Assembly: GCA_038199935.1 (NCBI GenBank)
Contig: JBBPYL010000121.1
Span: 22 to 64,021, forward strand
Origin: Propionibacteriales bacterium
Lineage (GTDB): Bacteria > Actinomycetota > Actinomycetes > Propionibacteriales > Nocardioidaceae
Length of the DNA: 64,000 nucleotides
Reading direction: 5' to 3'
Both the position numbers and the translations under genes were made by a program. How positions within the stretch are numbered: the stretch's first letter is position 1; each line of letters begins with the position of its first letter. The notes beneath the pieces are model-generated. The model saw nothing but the letters and a program-made list of their open reading frames with translations. It had not been told where the DNA came from and made no database searches. This document shows positions 21,457 to 29,925 of the stretch, one piece after another.

Positions 21457-23451
21457 ATGACTCTGCTTGCCCCCGAACCGACCTCCGCGCGCTCCCGTCG
21501 TGTCCGGCGTCCGCACACACTCACCCGATCGGGCTCCTCGCCGCTCCCCCTACTCGCCTGGGCCGAGGGCGTGGTGGCGCCGATATCGGAGTCTCGCCGC
21601 TCCCGCACCATGGCGCGGGTCGGTGGACTCGTCGGCCTGGGGGCCCTGGTGACCTACCTGGCCTGGCGCATCCTGGCCACGCTTCCGCCCTCGGGGCCGG
21701 GCCGCTGGGCGGCCTGGATCCTGGTCGCCTTCGAGTCGATGCCGCTCCTGGCGGCGACGGCCAAGCTGAGCGGGACCTGGAGCATTGACACGGTCTCGGC
21801 CGACCCCGTCACCGAGTCGCCGCTCGGCCTTCGGGTCGCCGTGCTGATCCCGACCTACGACGAGTCTGCCGAGGTCGTGGGGCCGACGGTGGCCGCGGCC
21901 TGCGAGCTGAGCCCCATCCACGAGACCTGGGTCCTCGACGACGGCGACCGGCCGTGGCTGGCCGCGATGTGTGCCGAGTACGGCGCCCGCTACGTCACCC
22001 GCGACGAGCACCAGCACGCCAAGGCAGGGAACCTCAATCACGCGCTGGCCCTGATGGAGGCCGAGGAGGAGGCAGGCGGGGAGCGGACCGACCTGATCGC
22101 CGTCCTCGACTCCGACCACGTCCCCCTGCCCGCGTTCTTGACCTCCACCCTCGGGTACTTCGTCGACGAGCGTCTGGCGCTGCTCCAGGCACCGCAGACC
22201 TTCTACAACGCCGGCGCGTTCGACGACGACGGCGGAGTCGGCGAGCAGAGCCTGTTCTTCAACGTCCAGCTCGCGGGCCGGGAGAGCTCGGGGGCGGAGA
22301 TCTTCTGGTGCGGGTCGTCGTCGATCCTGCGGGTGGACGCCCTGCGTGAGGTCGGCGGGGTGGCCCAGGAGACTGTCACCGAGGACATGCACACGACGCT
22401 CAAGCTCCAGAGGGCCGGCTGGCGGGCCGCCTTCCACCATCAGAACATCGCCCTCGGACTCGCTCCCGCCACCCCCGAGCAGTACCTCGTCCAGCGTCGA
22501 CGCTGGGGCATGGGGGCCATGCAGGTGATGGTCCACGAGCGGCTCTGGCGCCGGCACCGGTGGATGTCGGTGCGGACGCAGTTCGAGTACCTCTTCGGAG
22601 CCCTGTGGTGGCTCGAGGGCTTGGGCACGATTCTCGCCCTGATGGTGCCGGCAGTTCTGCTGCTGACCGGGGCCATCACCTCGACCGCGTCGCCCGCCAC
22701 CTTCGTGACTGTGTTCGTGCTGGCCTTCGGGCTGCGCATGTGGGGCTACAAGCAGCTGCTGCGCCACCAGATCCGCTGGCGATCGGCGTACGCACTGCGC
22801 GTCCTGCGCGTCACGGTGGGCCTGTCCTGCCTGTGGTGGCTGGTCACCCGCCGCGCACTCACCTTCACGGTGACCCCGAAGGGGGGCGCCGAGGACCGGC
22901 TTCGGGGCCGTGTTCCCGCCGTCGTGGTGGGCATGCTCGCTGCCGCCGTCTCCCTGGTCTGCATTGCCGTGCTCGGGCTGCTCGGCCATATCCCCTGGCA
23001 CACGAGCGTGGGCTCGACCGTGTCCTCGGGGGTGTGGCTGGTGATCGCCGTCGTGGTGCTCGCCAACGCGACGATGCGGATCCGGGCCGAGCAGTACGCG
23101 ACCTCGCGGCGCAACGCTCACCGCTTCGCCATCCCCGCGACGGTGCTGCTCGACGGTGTCGCGACCCAGCTGGCCGACCTCTCGGTGGGAGGCGCGTCGG
23201 TTCGGATCCAGCCCGGGGTGCCCGCGCCGTCCGGGTTGGTCCGATTTGCCCTGCCCCGCGCCGAGGCCGTGTCGCTGCGGGTGACCGCGGTGGTCGACCA
23301 GGGTGCCTCCGGATCGCTGGTCAAGCTCGGCCTCGACGGCGAGGACTGGACGAGCCTGCGTCAGTTGGCCCTGTGGATCTTCCACACACCGGACCTGGCC
23401 GTCGCCGGCCTCCCGGCCGGGGTCCCTGCGGCAGCGATCGCCGCGCGCTGA
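21457..23451 (+). CDS. Cellulose synthase catalytic subunit-like GT2 with C-terminal PilZ domain
   Basis: DDG, HAKAGNLN, DSDH (DxD), QAPQTF, FWCGS, TED, QRRRW (QxxRW); PilZ RRNAHR and DLSVGG. The start may be the ATG at 21610. Confidence 0.88.
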   Translation: MTLLAPEPTSARSRRVRRPHTLTRSGSSPLPLLAWAEGVVAPISESRRSRTMARVGGLVGLGALVTYLAWRILATLPPSGPGRWAAWILVAFESMPLLAATAKLSGTWSIDTVSADPVTESPLGLRVAVLIPTYDESAEVVGPTVAAACELSPIHETWVLDDGDRPWLAAMCAEYGARYVTRDEHQHAKAGNLNHALALMEAEEEAGGERTDLIAVLDSDHVPLPAFLTSTLGYFVDERLALLQAPQTFYNAGAFDDDGGVGEQSLFFNVQLAGRESSGAEIFWCGSSSILRVDALREVGGVAQETVTEDMHTTLKLQRAGWRAAFHHQNIALGLAPATPEQYLVQRRRWGMGAMQVMVHERLWRRHRWMSVRTQFEYLFGALWWLEGLGTILALMVPAVLLLTGAITSTASPATFVTVFVLAFGLRMWGYKQLLRHQIRWRSAYALRVLRVTVGLSCLWWLVTRRALTFTVTPKGGAEDRLRGRVPAVVVGMLAAAVSLVCIAVLGLLGHIPWHTSVGSTVSSGVWLVIAVVVLANATMRIRAEQYATSRRNAHRFAIPATVLLDGVATQLADLSVGGASVRIQPGVPAPSGLVRFALPRAEAVSLRVTAVVDQGASGSLVKLGLDGEDWTSLRQLALWIFHTPDLAVAGLPAGVPAAAIAAR

Positions 23452-23482
23452 GCGGCCCGGGGCCGGGTCTAGGCTGCGCCGT

Positions 23483-24829
23483 ATGAGCCTCGACGCCGAC
23501 CAGATCCGCTCCGCCGTCCGCGACGTCCTGCCCTCGGTCCGGGCCGACCTGGAGGCGCTGGTGGCCATCCCGTCGGTCAGTGCCGACCCGGCTCGTGCCG
23601 AGGACGTACGCCGCAGCGCGGAGGCCACCGCGGCCCTGTTCGCCGCCGAGGGCTTCGAGGTGCAGATCCTCACTGCCGACGGCGGCGCACCAGCCGTCCT
23701 GGCCCGTCGTGCCGCCCCTGACGGCGCGCCGACGGTCCTGCTCTACGCCCACCCCGACGTCCAGCCGACCGGGGACCTGGCCGACTGGGACAGCGAGCCG
23801 TTCGTGCCCACCGAGCGTGGCGAGCGCCTCTACGGGCGCGGCGCAGCCGACGACAAGGCCGGGATCGCCGCTCACCTCGCCGCGGTGCGGACCTTCGGCG
23901 ACCAGCTGCCGGTGGGCGTCACCGTCCTGGTCGAGGGTGAGGAGGAGGTGGGCTCACCCACCCTGGAGGCGTTCCTGGCCGAGCACAAGGACCTGCTCGC
24001 CGCCGACGTCATCGTGATCGCGGACAGCGGCAACTGGGACATCGGCGAGCCCGCGCTCACCACCAGCCTGCGTGGTCTGTGCGACTGCGTCGTCGAGGTC
24101 CGCACCCTCGACCACGGGGTGCACTCGGGGATGTGGGGCGGGATCGTCCCCGACGCCGTGACGACTCTGGTCCGACTGCTGGCCACCCTGCACGACGACC
24201 TCGGAAACGTGGCCGTGGAGGGCCTCGTCTCCGGCCCCGCCGCCGACGTGGACTACCCCGAGGAGCGGATCCGCGCCGAGTCGGGCATCTCCGCGGGAGT
24301 GCACCTGATCGGCGAGGGGTCGGCCGTCGCGCGGATGTGGACCAGGCCGGCGCTGTCGGTGATCGGCTTCGACGCCACCCGGACCGCGGAAGCCAGCAAC
24401 ACCCTGATCCCGGCGGCCCGGGCCAAGGTCTCGGTCCGGCTGGCCCCCGGCGACGACGCCCGGCGGGCGATGCAGTGCCTGCGCGACCACCTGGAGTCCC
24501 ACACGCCGTGGGGGGCGCAGCTCACGATCCACGACGGCGAGCTGGGCGAGCCCACCTCGATCGACGCCACGGGTCCGGCGTACGACGCGGCGCGGGCGGC
24601 GTTCCGGGAGGCCTGGGACGGCACCGAGCCGGTGGACATGGGGGTCGGCGGGTCGATCCCGTTCATCGCCGCGTTCACCGAGGCCTTCCCCGAGGCCTCG
24701 GTCCTCGTCACCGGCGTGGAGGACCCCGACACCCGCGCCCACGGCGCCAACGAGGGGCTGCACCTCGCGGAGTTCGAGCGGGTGTGCCTGGCCGAGGCGC
24801 TGCTGCTGCACCACCTCGCCGAGGCCTGA
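23483..24829 (+). CDS. M20 family dipeptidase
   Basis: YAHPDVQP, LYGRGAADDK, EGEEE, SLRG, HSG, GGSIP, AHGANE; TAGGCT 7 nt before the ATG. Confidence 0.92.
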   Translation: MSLDADQIRSAVRDVLPSVRADLEALVAIPSVSADPARAEDVRRSAEATAALFAAEGFEVQILTADGGAPAVLARRAAPDGAPTVLLYAHPDVQPTGDLADWDSEPFVPTERGERLYGRGAADDKAGIAAHLAAVRTFGDQLPVGVTVLVEGEEEVGSPTLEAFLAEHKDLLAADVIVIADSGNWDIGEPALTTSLRGLCDCVVEVRTLDHGVHSGMWGGIVPDAVTTLVRLLATLHDDLGNVAVEGLVSGPAADVDYPEERIRAESGISAGVHLIGEGSAVARMWTRPALSVIGFDATRTAEASNTLIPAARAKVSVRLAPGDDARRAMQCLRDHLESHTPWGAQLTIHDGELGEPTSIDATGPAYDAARAAFREAWDGTEPVDMGVGGSIPFIAAFTEAFPEASVLVTGVEDPDTRAHGANEGLHLAEFERVCLAEALLLHHLAEA

Positions 24830-24860
24830 CCGACCCGACCCCGCGGGGTCGTAGGATGGC

Positions 24861-26426
24861 GTGGTGCCTGGACCCCGCGGAGATGGCCTGCTCACCCACG
24901 AACTCGACCCCCACGACCGGGGACCTCAGGACGCCTGTGGTGTCTTCGGGGTGTGGGCGCCGGGCGAGGACGTCGCCAAGCTCACGTACTACGGGCTCTA
25001 CGCCCTCCAGCACCGGGGCCAGGAGTCGGCCGGCATCGCCGTCGGGAACGGCCGGCAGATCCTCGTCTACAAGGACATGGGGCTGGTCTCCCAGGTCTTC
25101 GACGAGTCCACCCTGGCCTCACTGAAGGGCCACGTGGCGGTCGGCCACGCGCGGTACTCCACCACCGGCGCCAGCACCTGGCACAACGCCCAGCCCACGT
25201 TCCGCCCGACCGAGGGCGGCGCGATCGCCCTGGCCCACAACGGCAACCTGACCAACACCCGCGACCTCGCCCAGCAGGTGCACGCCCTGCGCACCGCGCT
25301 CGGGGAAGACGGACCCCGGCGCGACTCGACGGCGAGCACCAACGACACGAGCCTGGTCACCGCCCTGCTGGCCCACCACCCTGATCGGAGCCTGGAGGAG
25401 AACGCCGCCGAGCTGCTGCCCACGATCAAGGGCGCCTTCTCCTTCGTGTGGATGGACGAGAACACCCTCTACGCCGCCCGGGACCCTCAGGGCATCCGGC
25501 CGCTGGTGCTGGGCCGGTTGGAGCGCGGCTGGGTGGTGGCCTCGGAGACGGCCGCCCTCGACATCGTCGGCGCTTCCTTCATCCGCGAGGTCGAGCCCGG
25601 CGAGATGGTCGCCGTGGACGAGGACGGCCTGCGCACCCGGGTGTTCTCCCCTCCCGCTCCCAAGCACTGCCTCTTCGAGTTCGTCTACCTTGCCCGGCCG
25701 GACACGTTGATGAACGACGTCCGGGTGCACAGCGTGCGGGTGGAGATCGGCCGCCGGCTGGCCCGGGAGTTCCCGACCGAGGCGGACCTGGTCATCCCGG
25801 TGCCGGAGTCCGGGACGCCGGCGGCGATCGGGTACGCCGAGGCGAGCGGCATCCCCTACGGCTCCGGCCTGGTGAAGAACTCCTACGTCGGCCGGACGTT
25901 CATCCAGCCCTCGCAGACCATCCGCCAGCTGGGCATCCGGCTCAAGCTGAATCCGCTGCGCGACGTCATCGAGGGCAAGCGTCTGGTGGTGGTCGACGAC
26001 TCCATCGTGCGCGGCAACACCCAGCGGGCCCTGGTCCGGATGCTCCGTGAGGCTGGTGCCCGCGAGGTGCACGTGCGGATCGCCAGCCCGCCGGTGAAGT
26101 GGCCGTGCTTCTACGGCATCGACTTCGCCTCGCCGGCCGAGCTGATCGCCAACGGTCTGACCTCGGACCAGATCTGCCGGTCCATCGACGCCGACTCCCT
26201 GGGCTACATCTCCCTCGAGCAGCTGATCGAGGCCAGCACGGTGCCCAAGGACAACCTGTGCCGGGCCTGCTTCGACGGGGTGTATCCCGTCCCGCTCCCC
26301 GAGCCCGAGCACCTCGGCAAGCACCTGCTCGAGCTGGACGCCGCGCTGCCGCTGGAGGGCCTGGACACCCCGGCGTTGAGCTACCGCGGCGGAGCGGGTG
26401 CCGCGGACGCCCTGGACCGACCGTGA
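24861..26426 (+). CDS. purF: Amidophosphoribosyltransferase
   Basis: Propeptide then CGVFG, LQHRGQESAG, HNGNL, CLFEFVY, VVVDDSIVRG, PCFYGID, C-AC. Confidence 0.98.
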   Translation: MVPGPRGDGLLTHELDPHDRGPQDACGVFGVWAPGEDVAKLTYYGLYALQHRGQESAGIAVGNGRQILVYKDMGLVSQVFDESTLASLKGHVAVGHARYSTTGASTWHNAQPTFRPTEGGAIALAHNGNLTNTRDLAQQVHALRTALGEDGPRRDSTASTNDTSLVTALLAHHPDRSLEENAAELLPTIKGAFSFVWMDENTLYAARDPQGIRPLVLGRLERGWVVASETAALDIVGASFIREVEPGEMVAVDEDGLRTRVFSPPAPKHCLFEFVYLARPDTLMNDVRVHSVRVEIGRRLAREFPTEADLVIPVPESGTPAAIGYAEASGIPYGSGLVKNSYVGRTFIQPSQTIRQLGIRLKLNPLRDVIEGKRLVVVDDSIVRGNTQRALVRMLREAGAREVHVRIASPPVKWPCFYGIDFASPAELIANGLTSDQICRSIDADSLGYISLEQLIEASTVPKDNLCRACFDGVYPVPLPEPEHLGKHLLELDAALPLEGLDTPALSYRGGAGAADALDRP

Positions 26427-27541
26427 GCGTGGAGGCGGGCGGCGCCCGGGCGGCCACCTACGAGGCCGCCGGAGTGTCGATCGACGCCGGCGACAAGGCC
26501 GTCGAGCTGATGAAGGTGTGGATCGACAAGGCCACCCGCCCCGAGGTCGTCGGCGGGGTGGGCGGATTCGCCGGCCTGTTCGACGCCACGGCGCTCAAGG
26601 CCTACGAGCACCCGCTGCTGGCCACCTCGGCCGACGGGGTGGGCACCAAGGTGGCGATCGCCCAGGCGCTGGACGTCCACCACACGATCGGGATCGACCT
26701 GGTGGGCATGCTCGTCGACGACCTCGTGGTCTGCGGCGCGGAGCCCTTGTTCCTGACCGACTACATCGCCACGGGGCGGGTGGTTCCCGAGCGCATCTCC
26801 GCCATCGTCCAGGGCATCGCCGAGGGGTGCGTCCAGGCGGGCTGCGCGCTCATCGGCGGGGAGACCGCCGAGCACCCGGGGCTCCTGGGTCCCGAGGAGT
26901 ACGACGTCGCGGGCTCGACCACCGGCGTCGTCGAGGCCTCGATGCTGCTGGGCCCCGGCCGCGTCCGTGAGGGCGACGTCGTCGTCGCGATGGCCTCCTC
27001 GGGCCTGCACTCCAACGGCTACTCCCTCGTCCGGCACGTGCTGCTCTCCGAGCAGGGGGCCGGCTGGTCGCTGGACCGGTCGGTCGACGAGCTGGGTCGG
27101 ACCCTGGGCGAGGAGCTGCTGGAGCCGACCCGGATCTACGCCAAGGCGTGCCTGGACCTGGCCCGGCGCACCCAGACGCACGCGATGTCCCACGTGACCG
27201 GGGGTGGTCTGGCCGCCAACCTGGCCCGGGTGATGCCCGAGGACCTGGTCGCCTCGCTCGACCGCGGGACCTGGACCCCGCGGCCCGTCTTCGACCTGGT
27301 CCGTCGGGTCGGCTCGATCGCGCAGCCGGACCTCGAGCGCACGCTGAACTGTGGGGTCGGGATGGTGGGGCTCGTCGACCCCGCCGACGCCGACGTTGCG
27401 GTCGAGGTCCTGGCCGGGCACGGGGTCGACGCCTGGGTGGCCGGGCGGGTGGGGGGCCCCTCGGGCTCTGCCGCCGGCCCCGACGTACGCCTCGCTCCGG
27501 CTGAGCGCGTCCGCCTGCACGGTCAGCACCCGGGCTGGTGA
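26423..27541 (+). CDS. purM: AIR synthetase
   Basis: YEAAGVSID, DGVGTK, IGGETAEHPG, SSGLHSNGYSL, HVTGGG; GTGA overlap with purF. Confidence 0.97.
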   Translation: MSVEAGGARAATYEAAGVSIDAGDKAVELMKVWIDKATRPEVVGGVGGFAGLFDATALKAYEHPLLATSADGVGTKVAIAQALDVHHTIGIDLVGMLVDDLVVCGAEPLFLTDYIATGRVVPERISAIVQGIAEGCVQAGCALIGGETAEHPGLLGPEEYDVAGSTTGVVEASMLLGPGRVREGDVVVAMASSGLHSNGYSLVRHVLLSEQGAGWSLDRSVDELGRTLGEELLEPTRIYAKACLDLARRTQTHAMSHVTGGGLAANLARVMPEDLVASLDRGTWTPRPVFDLVRRVGSIAQPDLERTLNCGVGMVGLVDPADADVAVEVLAGHGVDAWVAGRVGGPSGSAAGPDVRLAPAERVRLHGQHPGW

Positions 27542-27558
27542 GCCGGGCCCCGGCCCGA

Positions 27559-27596
27559 CACGGCTCGCGCACGGCTCGTCCACGGCTCGCGAGCCG
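27559..27596. repeat. 11-bp tandem repeat CACGGCTCG(CG/TC) x3 ending in the palindrome CGGCTCGCGAGCCG
   Basis: Read directly downstream of purM. Confidence 0.7.
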
Positions 27597-27834
27597 GCCG
27601 CCGCGGCGGGGCGTCAGGCGCTCACCGGCGACCGGCAGCACGCTCCCGGGTGAGGAAACGGTCCCGAATCTGACCTCCGGCGTGCGGTAACCACCACCCG
27701 GGCGGTACGGTGAGGACACGAGAAACCGACTGGAGACACCGGACGCGCGCAACACCCTGGACACGGCGTCGTGAGACGAGCGCCGCGGCTGGGGCAGACG
27801 TGACTCCGGCCGAGCGTGCGAGGGGGTCGACCCA

Positions 27835-28017
27835 ATGGGGCGCGGCCGAGCAAAAGCCAAGCAGACCAAGGTTGCCCGCGACCTGAAGTACCGCTCTCAC
27901 GAGACGGACCTCAGTGCGCTGGCCAAGGAGCTGCACGGCGGTAAGGGTGAACCCGTCGACGAGGTCGACGATGACGACGACGAGTGGTCGGGTCGGACCC
28001 GGTCCGTCGGCGACTGA
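27835..28017 (+). CDS. DUF3073 family protein
   Basis: MGRGRAKAKQTKVARDLKY with an acidic tail. Confidence 0.95.
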   Translation: MGRGRAKAKQTKVARDLKYRSHETDLSALAKELHGGKGEPVDEVDDDDDEWSGRTRSVGD

Positions 28018-28115
28018 CGCCGAGGCTCGCCGCGTCACTGGGGTAGCCGAGCGTGGGCGCCGCCGAAAGTTGGTTCCGCCGACCGGCGGGAACGACGGAT
28101 TCTGCTGAGCCGCGC

Positions 28116-29222
28116 TCAGAGTTGGGGCAGCCGAATCGAGGCGAGCCGGCCCACGGCGGCGATCCGGTGCTCGGCGAGCCGGTCTGCGGCGACCGAGGTC
28201 GTCAGCTGGTCGGCATCGGCGCGGGCCAGCACCTCGCGGGTGGTCTCGAAGATGCGGCCGGCGCGGGCGCGGGCGCGCTCGAAGGAGAAGCCGTCGAGCT
28301 CGTCGGCGACCTGGATGAGGCCACCGGCGTTGACCAGGTAGTCCGGCGTGTAGAGGATCCCTCGGTCGGCCAGCAGCTTCTGGGTCCCGTCGTGGACGAG
28401 CTGGTTGTTCGCTCCGCCGCACACGATCTTCGCGCTGAGCGCCTGGACCACCTCGTCGGTGAGCGCGCCGCCCAGGGCGCACGGGGCGTAGGCGTCGAGC
28501 CGGGTGGCGACCAGGGCGGCGGTGTCGGGCGCGGTCCTGACCTGCGGGTGAGCGTCGCGGACCGACTGGACCGCCACGGCGTCGACGTCGGTGAGGACCA
28601 CCTCGGCTCCGTCCTCGACGAGCAGGTCCACCAGGTGCCGCCCCACCTTGCCGACCCCGGCCACGCCGACGGTGCGTCCCCCCAGCGTGGGTGATCCCCA
28701 CTGGTGCTCCGCCGCGGCCCGCATGCCCTGGAAGACTCCGAAGGCCGTGAGCACCGAGGAGTCGCCGGCCCCGCCGTGCTCCCGGGTACGTCCGGTGACG
28801 AAGGGGCAGTCGCGGGCCACGAGGTCCATGTCGGGGGAGTAGGTCCCGACGTCGCAGGCGGTGTAGTAGCGGCCGCCGAGCGAGGCGACGAACCGGCCGT
28901 AGGCGCGCAGCAGCTCCTCGGTCTTGTCGGTCGTCGGGTCGCCGATGATGACCGCCTTGCCTCCGCCGAGGTCGAGGCCGGCGAGCGCCGCCTTGTAGGT
29001 CATCGCGCGGGACAGCGCGAGCACGTCGGCGAGCGCGGCGCTCTCGGTCGGGTAGGGGTAGAAGCGCGTGCCTCCCAGTGCCGGCCCCAGGGCGGTGGAG
29101 TGGATCGCGATGATCGCGCGCAGCCCACTGGCCGGGTCGGAGCAGAAGGCCACCTGCTCGTGGCCGACCAGGCGGGTGAACACGCCGTCGTCGGGCCGAA
29201 CGCTGACTTCGGGGTGCGTCAC
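28116..29222 (-). CDS. Leu/Phe/Val dehydrogenase
   Basis: [55 protein letters not shown]. Confidence 0.95.
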   Translation of the reverse strand: MTHPEVSVRPDDGVFTRLVGHEQVAFCSDPASGLRAIIAIHSTALGPALGGTRFYPYPTESAALADVLALSRAMTYKAALAGLDLGGGKAVIIGDPTTDKTEELLRAYGRFVASLGGRYYTACDVGTYSPDMDLVARDCPFVTGRTREHGGAGDSSVLTAFGVFQGMRAAAEHQWGSPTLGGRTVGVAGVGKVGRHLVDLLVEDGAEVVLTDVDAVAVQSVRDAHPQVRTAPDTAALVATRLDAYAPCALGGALTDEVVQALSAKIVCGGANNQLVHDGTQKLLADRGILYTPDYLVNAGGLIQVADELDGFSFERARARAGRIFETTREVLARADADQLTTSVAADRLAEHRIAAVGRLASIRLPQL

Positions 29223-29593
29223 GAGGGGTTCCTTCGTCTCAGCCCACCGGGGTGGGCGGGCGGCTCGGCCACGAAATAAACCTCACGCAGGGGTAGTGCG
29301 TGCCTTGGCGCGGCAGTGATGATGTCACAGTACGAAACCGGGCGCGCCGACGCGGCCTCGGTCCCTCCGGCCCTCGGGCTCTCTTGTCCCCTGCCTCCGC
29401 AGTGGTCCGGCGGTTGAATCGACCGCAACCGGTCCAAATGTGGGCATTGGTGGCAGTAGTTGACCATTGTGCTATTTCGTCCCAAGGCTTAGCCTCAGGA
29501 AGCAAGCCTGACGGTCTCAGCACGACGTTCTCCCAACATGTCGGGGGATCGTGGAGGCGTCGGGGGGATGAAACACACTGTGAGGGAGGCCCG

Positions 29594-29812
29594 ATGAACA
29601 CAAGGCCATCGGAGTCCGAACCACTGCTGACGCCGGCGGAAGTCGCGGCCATGTTCCGGGTCGACCCGAAGACGGTCACCCGGTGGGCCAAGGCCGGCAA
29701 GCTGAGCTCGATCAGAACTCTCGGAGGGCACCGGCGCTACCGGGAGTCCGAGGTTCGTGAGCTGCTCACGGGGATGCTGCCCGAACAGCGCCGTGGTGAG
29801 GGTCAGGACTGA
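29594..29812 (+). CDS. bldC: BldC family MerR-like DNA-binding regulator
   Basis: EPLLTPAEVAAMFRVDPKTVTRWAKAGKL-SIRTLGGHRRYRE-EVR; RBS GGGAGG; neighbourhood recalled as the same as in Streptomyces. Confidence 0.93.
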   Translation: MNTRPSESEPLLTPAEVAAMFRVDPKTVTRWAKAGKLSSIRTLGGHRRYRESEVRELLTGMLPEQRRGEGQD

Positions 29813-29846
29813 CCCGAGCCCACTCAGCGGTGGCAGGACCACCAGA

Positions 29847-29881
29847 CTCGCCCCGGCGTTCTCGAGAAACGCCGGGGCGAG
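29847..29881. terminator. 14-bp stem hairpin between convergent genes
   Basis: CTCGCCCCGGCGTT...AACGCCGGGGCGAG. Confidence 0.75.
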
Positions 29882-29925
29882 CCCTGTCTCAGCCCAGCCC
29901 GCTCTCAGCTCAGCCCGGTCTCAGG

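Noticed and set aside
8753-27596. Short tandem repeats (8753, 14548, 27559) as possible CRISPR arrays
   Set aside because: No unique spacers, only 3-4 units, and no cas genes.
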